Source: Phycisphaerae bacterium
GTDB taxonomy: Bacteria; Planctomycetota; Phycisphaerae; Tepidisphaerales; Tepidisphaeraceae
Direction: 5' to 3'
Assembly: GCA_025936175.1 (NCBI GenBank)
Contig: JAICTV010000121.1
Location: forward strand, 1-15,993
DNA length: 15,993 nucleotides
The notes under the pieces are model-generated. The model had not been told where the DNA came from. It searched no databases and worked only from the letters and a program-made list of their open reading frames with translations. Position numbers and translations under genes: made by a program. Positions 15,830-15,993 of this stretch are shown here, one piece after another; position 1 is the first letter of the stretch; each line of letters opens with the position of its first letter.

Positions 15830-15993
15830 CGCGAAGGTTGGCCGTCGTTCACCGCCACGCGATCGCGCCTTTCCTCGATCGCGCGGAAGTGATCGTACTG
15901 CTCCTGTAGCCGCTTCTGTGCCGCGCGCAGCCGCACCTCTGGATCCGCATCCTGAAGCGCGACCGCCTGCGACGCGTCGGTCAGCTCCTTGTA
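15826..15993 (-). CDS. 3' end of an upstream gene in the same operon (start beyond the right edge of the window). By operon position it is most likely the extracellular solute-binding protein.
   Basis: The minus-strand frame from 15993 is open with GC3-rich codons: ...YKELTDASQAVALQDADPEVRLRAAQKRLQEQYDHFRAIEERRDRVAVNDGQPSR*. TGA (complement 15826-15828) overlaps the downstream ATG. It is not in the ORF track because no start lies within the window. The function is inferred only from the canonical SBP-permease-permease order. Confidence 0.45.
   Translation of the reverse strand, partial: YKELTDASQAVALQDADPEVRLRAAQKRLQEQYDHFRAIEERRDRVAVNDGQPSR

Noticed and set aside
14086-15892. + strand ORFs 14086..15129 and 14753..15892
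   Set aside because: Arg/Asp/Glu/His-rich antisense of the two ABC permeases.

Overview
This is a GC-rich bacterial chromosomal window (about two-thirds G+C by eye, not computed). Genes are densely packed on both strands. Nearly every real gene carries a long Arg/Ala-rich 'shadow' ORF on the opposite strand, which is typical of high-GC genomes.

Genes, in order:
- A 5'-partial aconitate hydratase AcnA (minus strand) that runs off the left edge.
- A secreted HExxH metallopeptidase-like protein (minus).
- An isolated nuoA (minus) and an isolated nuoB (plus), divergently arranged. The 103-bp gap between them is filled by a ~95-bp palindrome built from tandem GATTTGC heptamers.
- A small AsmA-like hypothetical protein followed by a hairpin terminator.
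- An ABC-2 type ATPase and a fused 12-TM ABC-2 permease. A second, shorter copy of the same heptamer palindrome sits exactly in their intercistronic gap.
- An unusually long flotillin/SPFH protein with a strong SD and a strong intrinsic terminator.
- A PEP-CTERM (exosortase-sorted) low-complexity secreted protein.
- A UvrD/PcrA/Rep-family helicase.
- tRNA-Gly(UCC) with a putative promoter and terminator.
- A convergent carbohydrate-type ABC operon on the minus strand (MalG-like permease, MalF-like permease, and the 3' end of an upstream gene that is probably the binding protein), with overlapping start/stop codons.

No CRISPR array, transposase, integrase or rRNA was recognised.

The most unusual signal is the GATTTGC-heptamer palindrome family abutting start codons at two loci. 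Linked to it is the atypical divergent, operon-less nuoA/nuoB arrangement, whose mirrored sigma70-like promoters appear to be embedded in the repeat arms.

Phylum cannot be assigned from sequence alone. PEP-CTERM, a DUF1570-like HExxH protein and scattered nuo genes are compatible with Planctomycetota, Verrucomicrobiota or Acidobacteriota.
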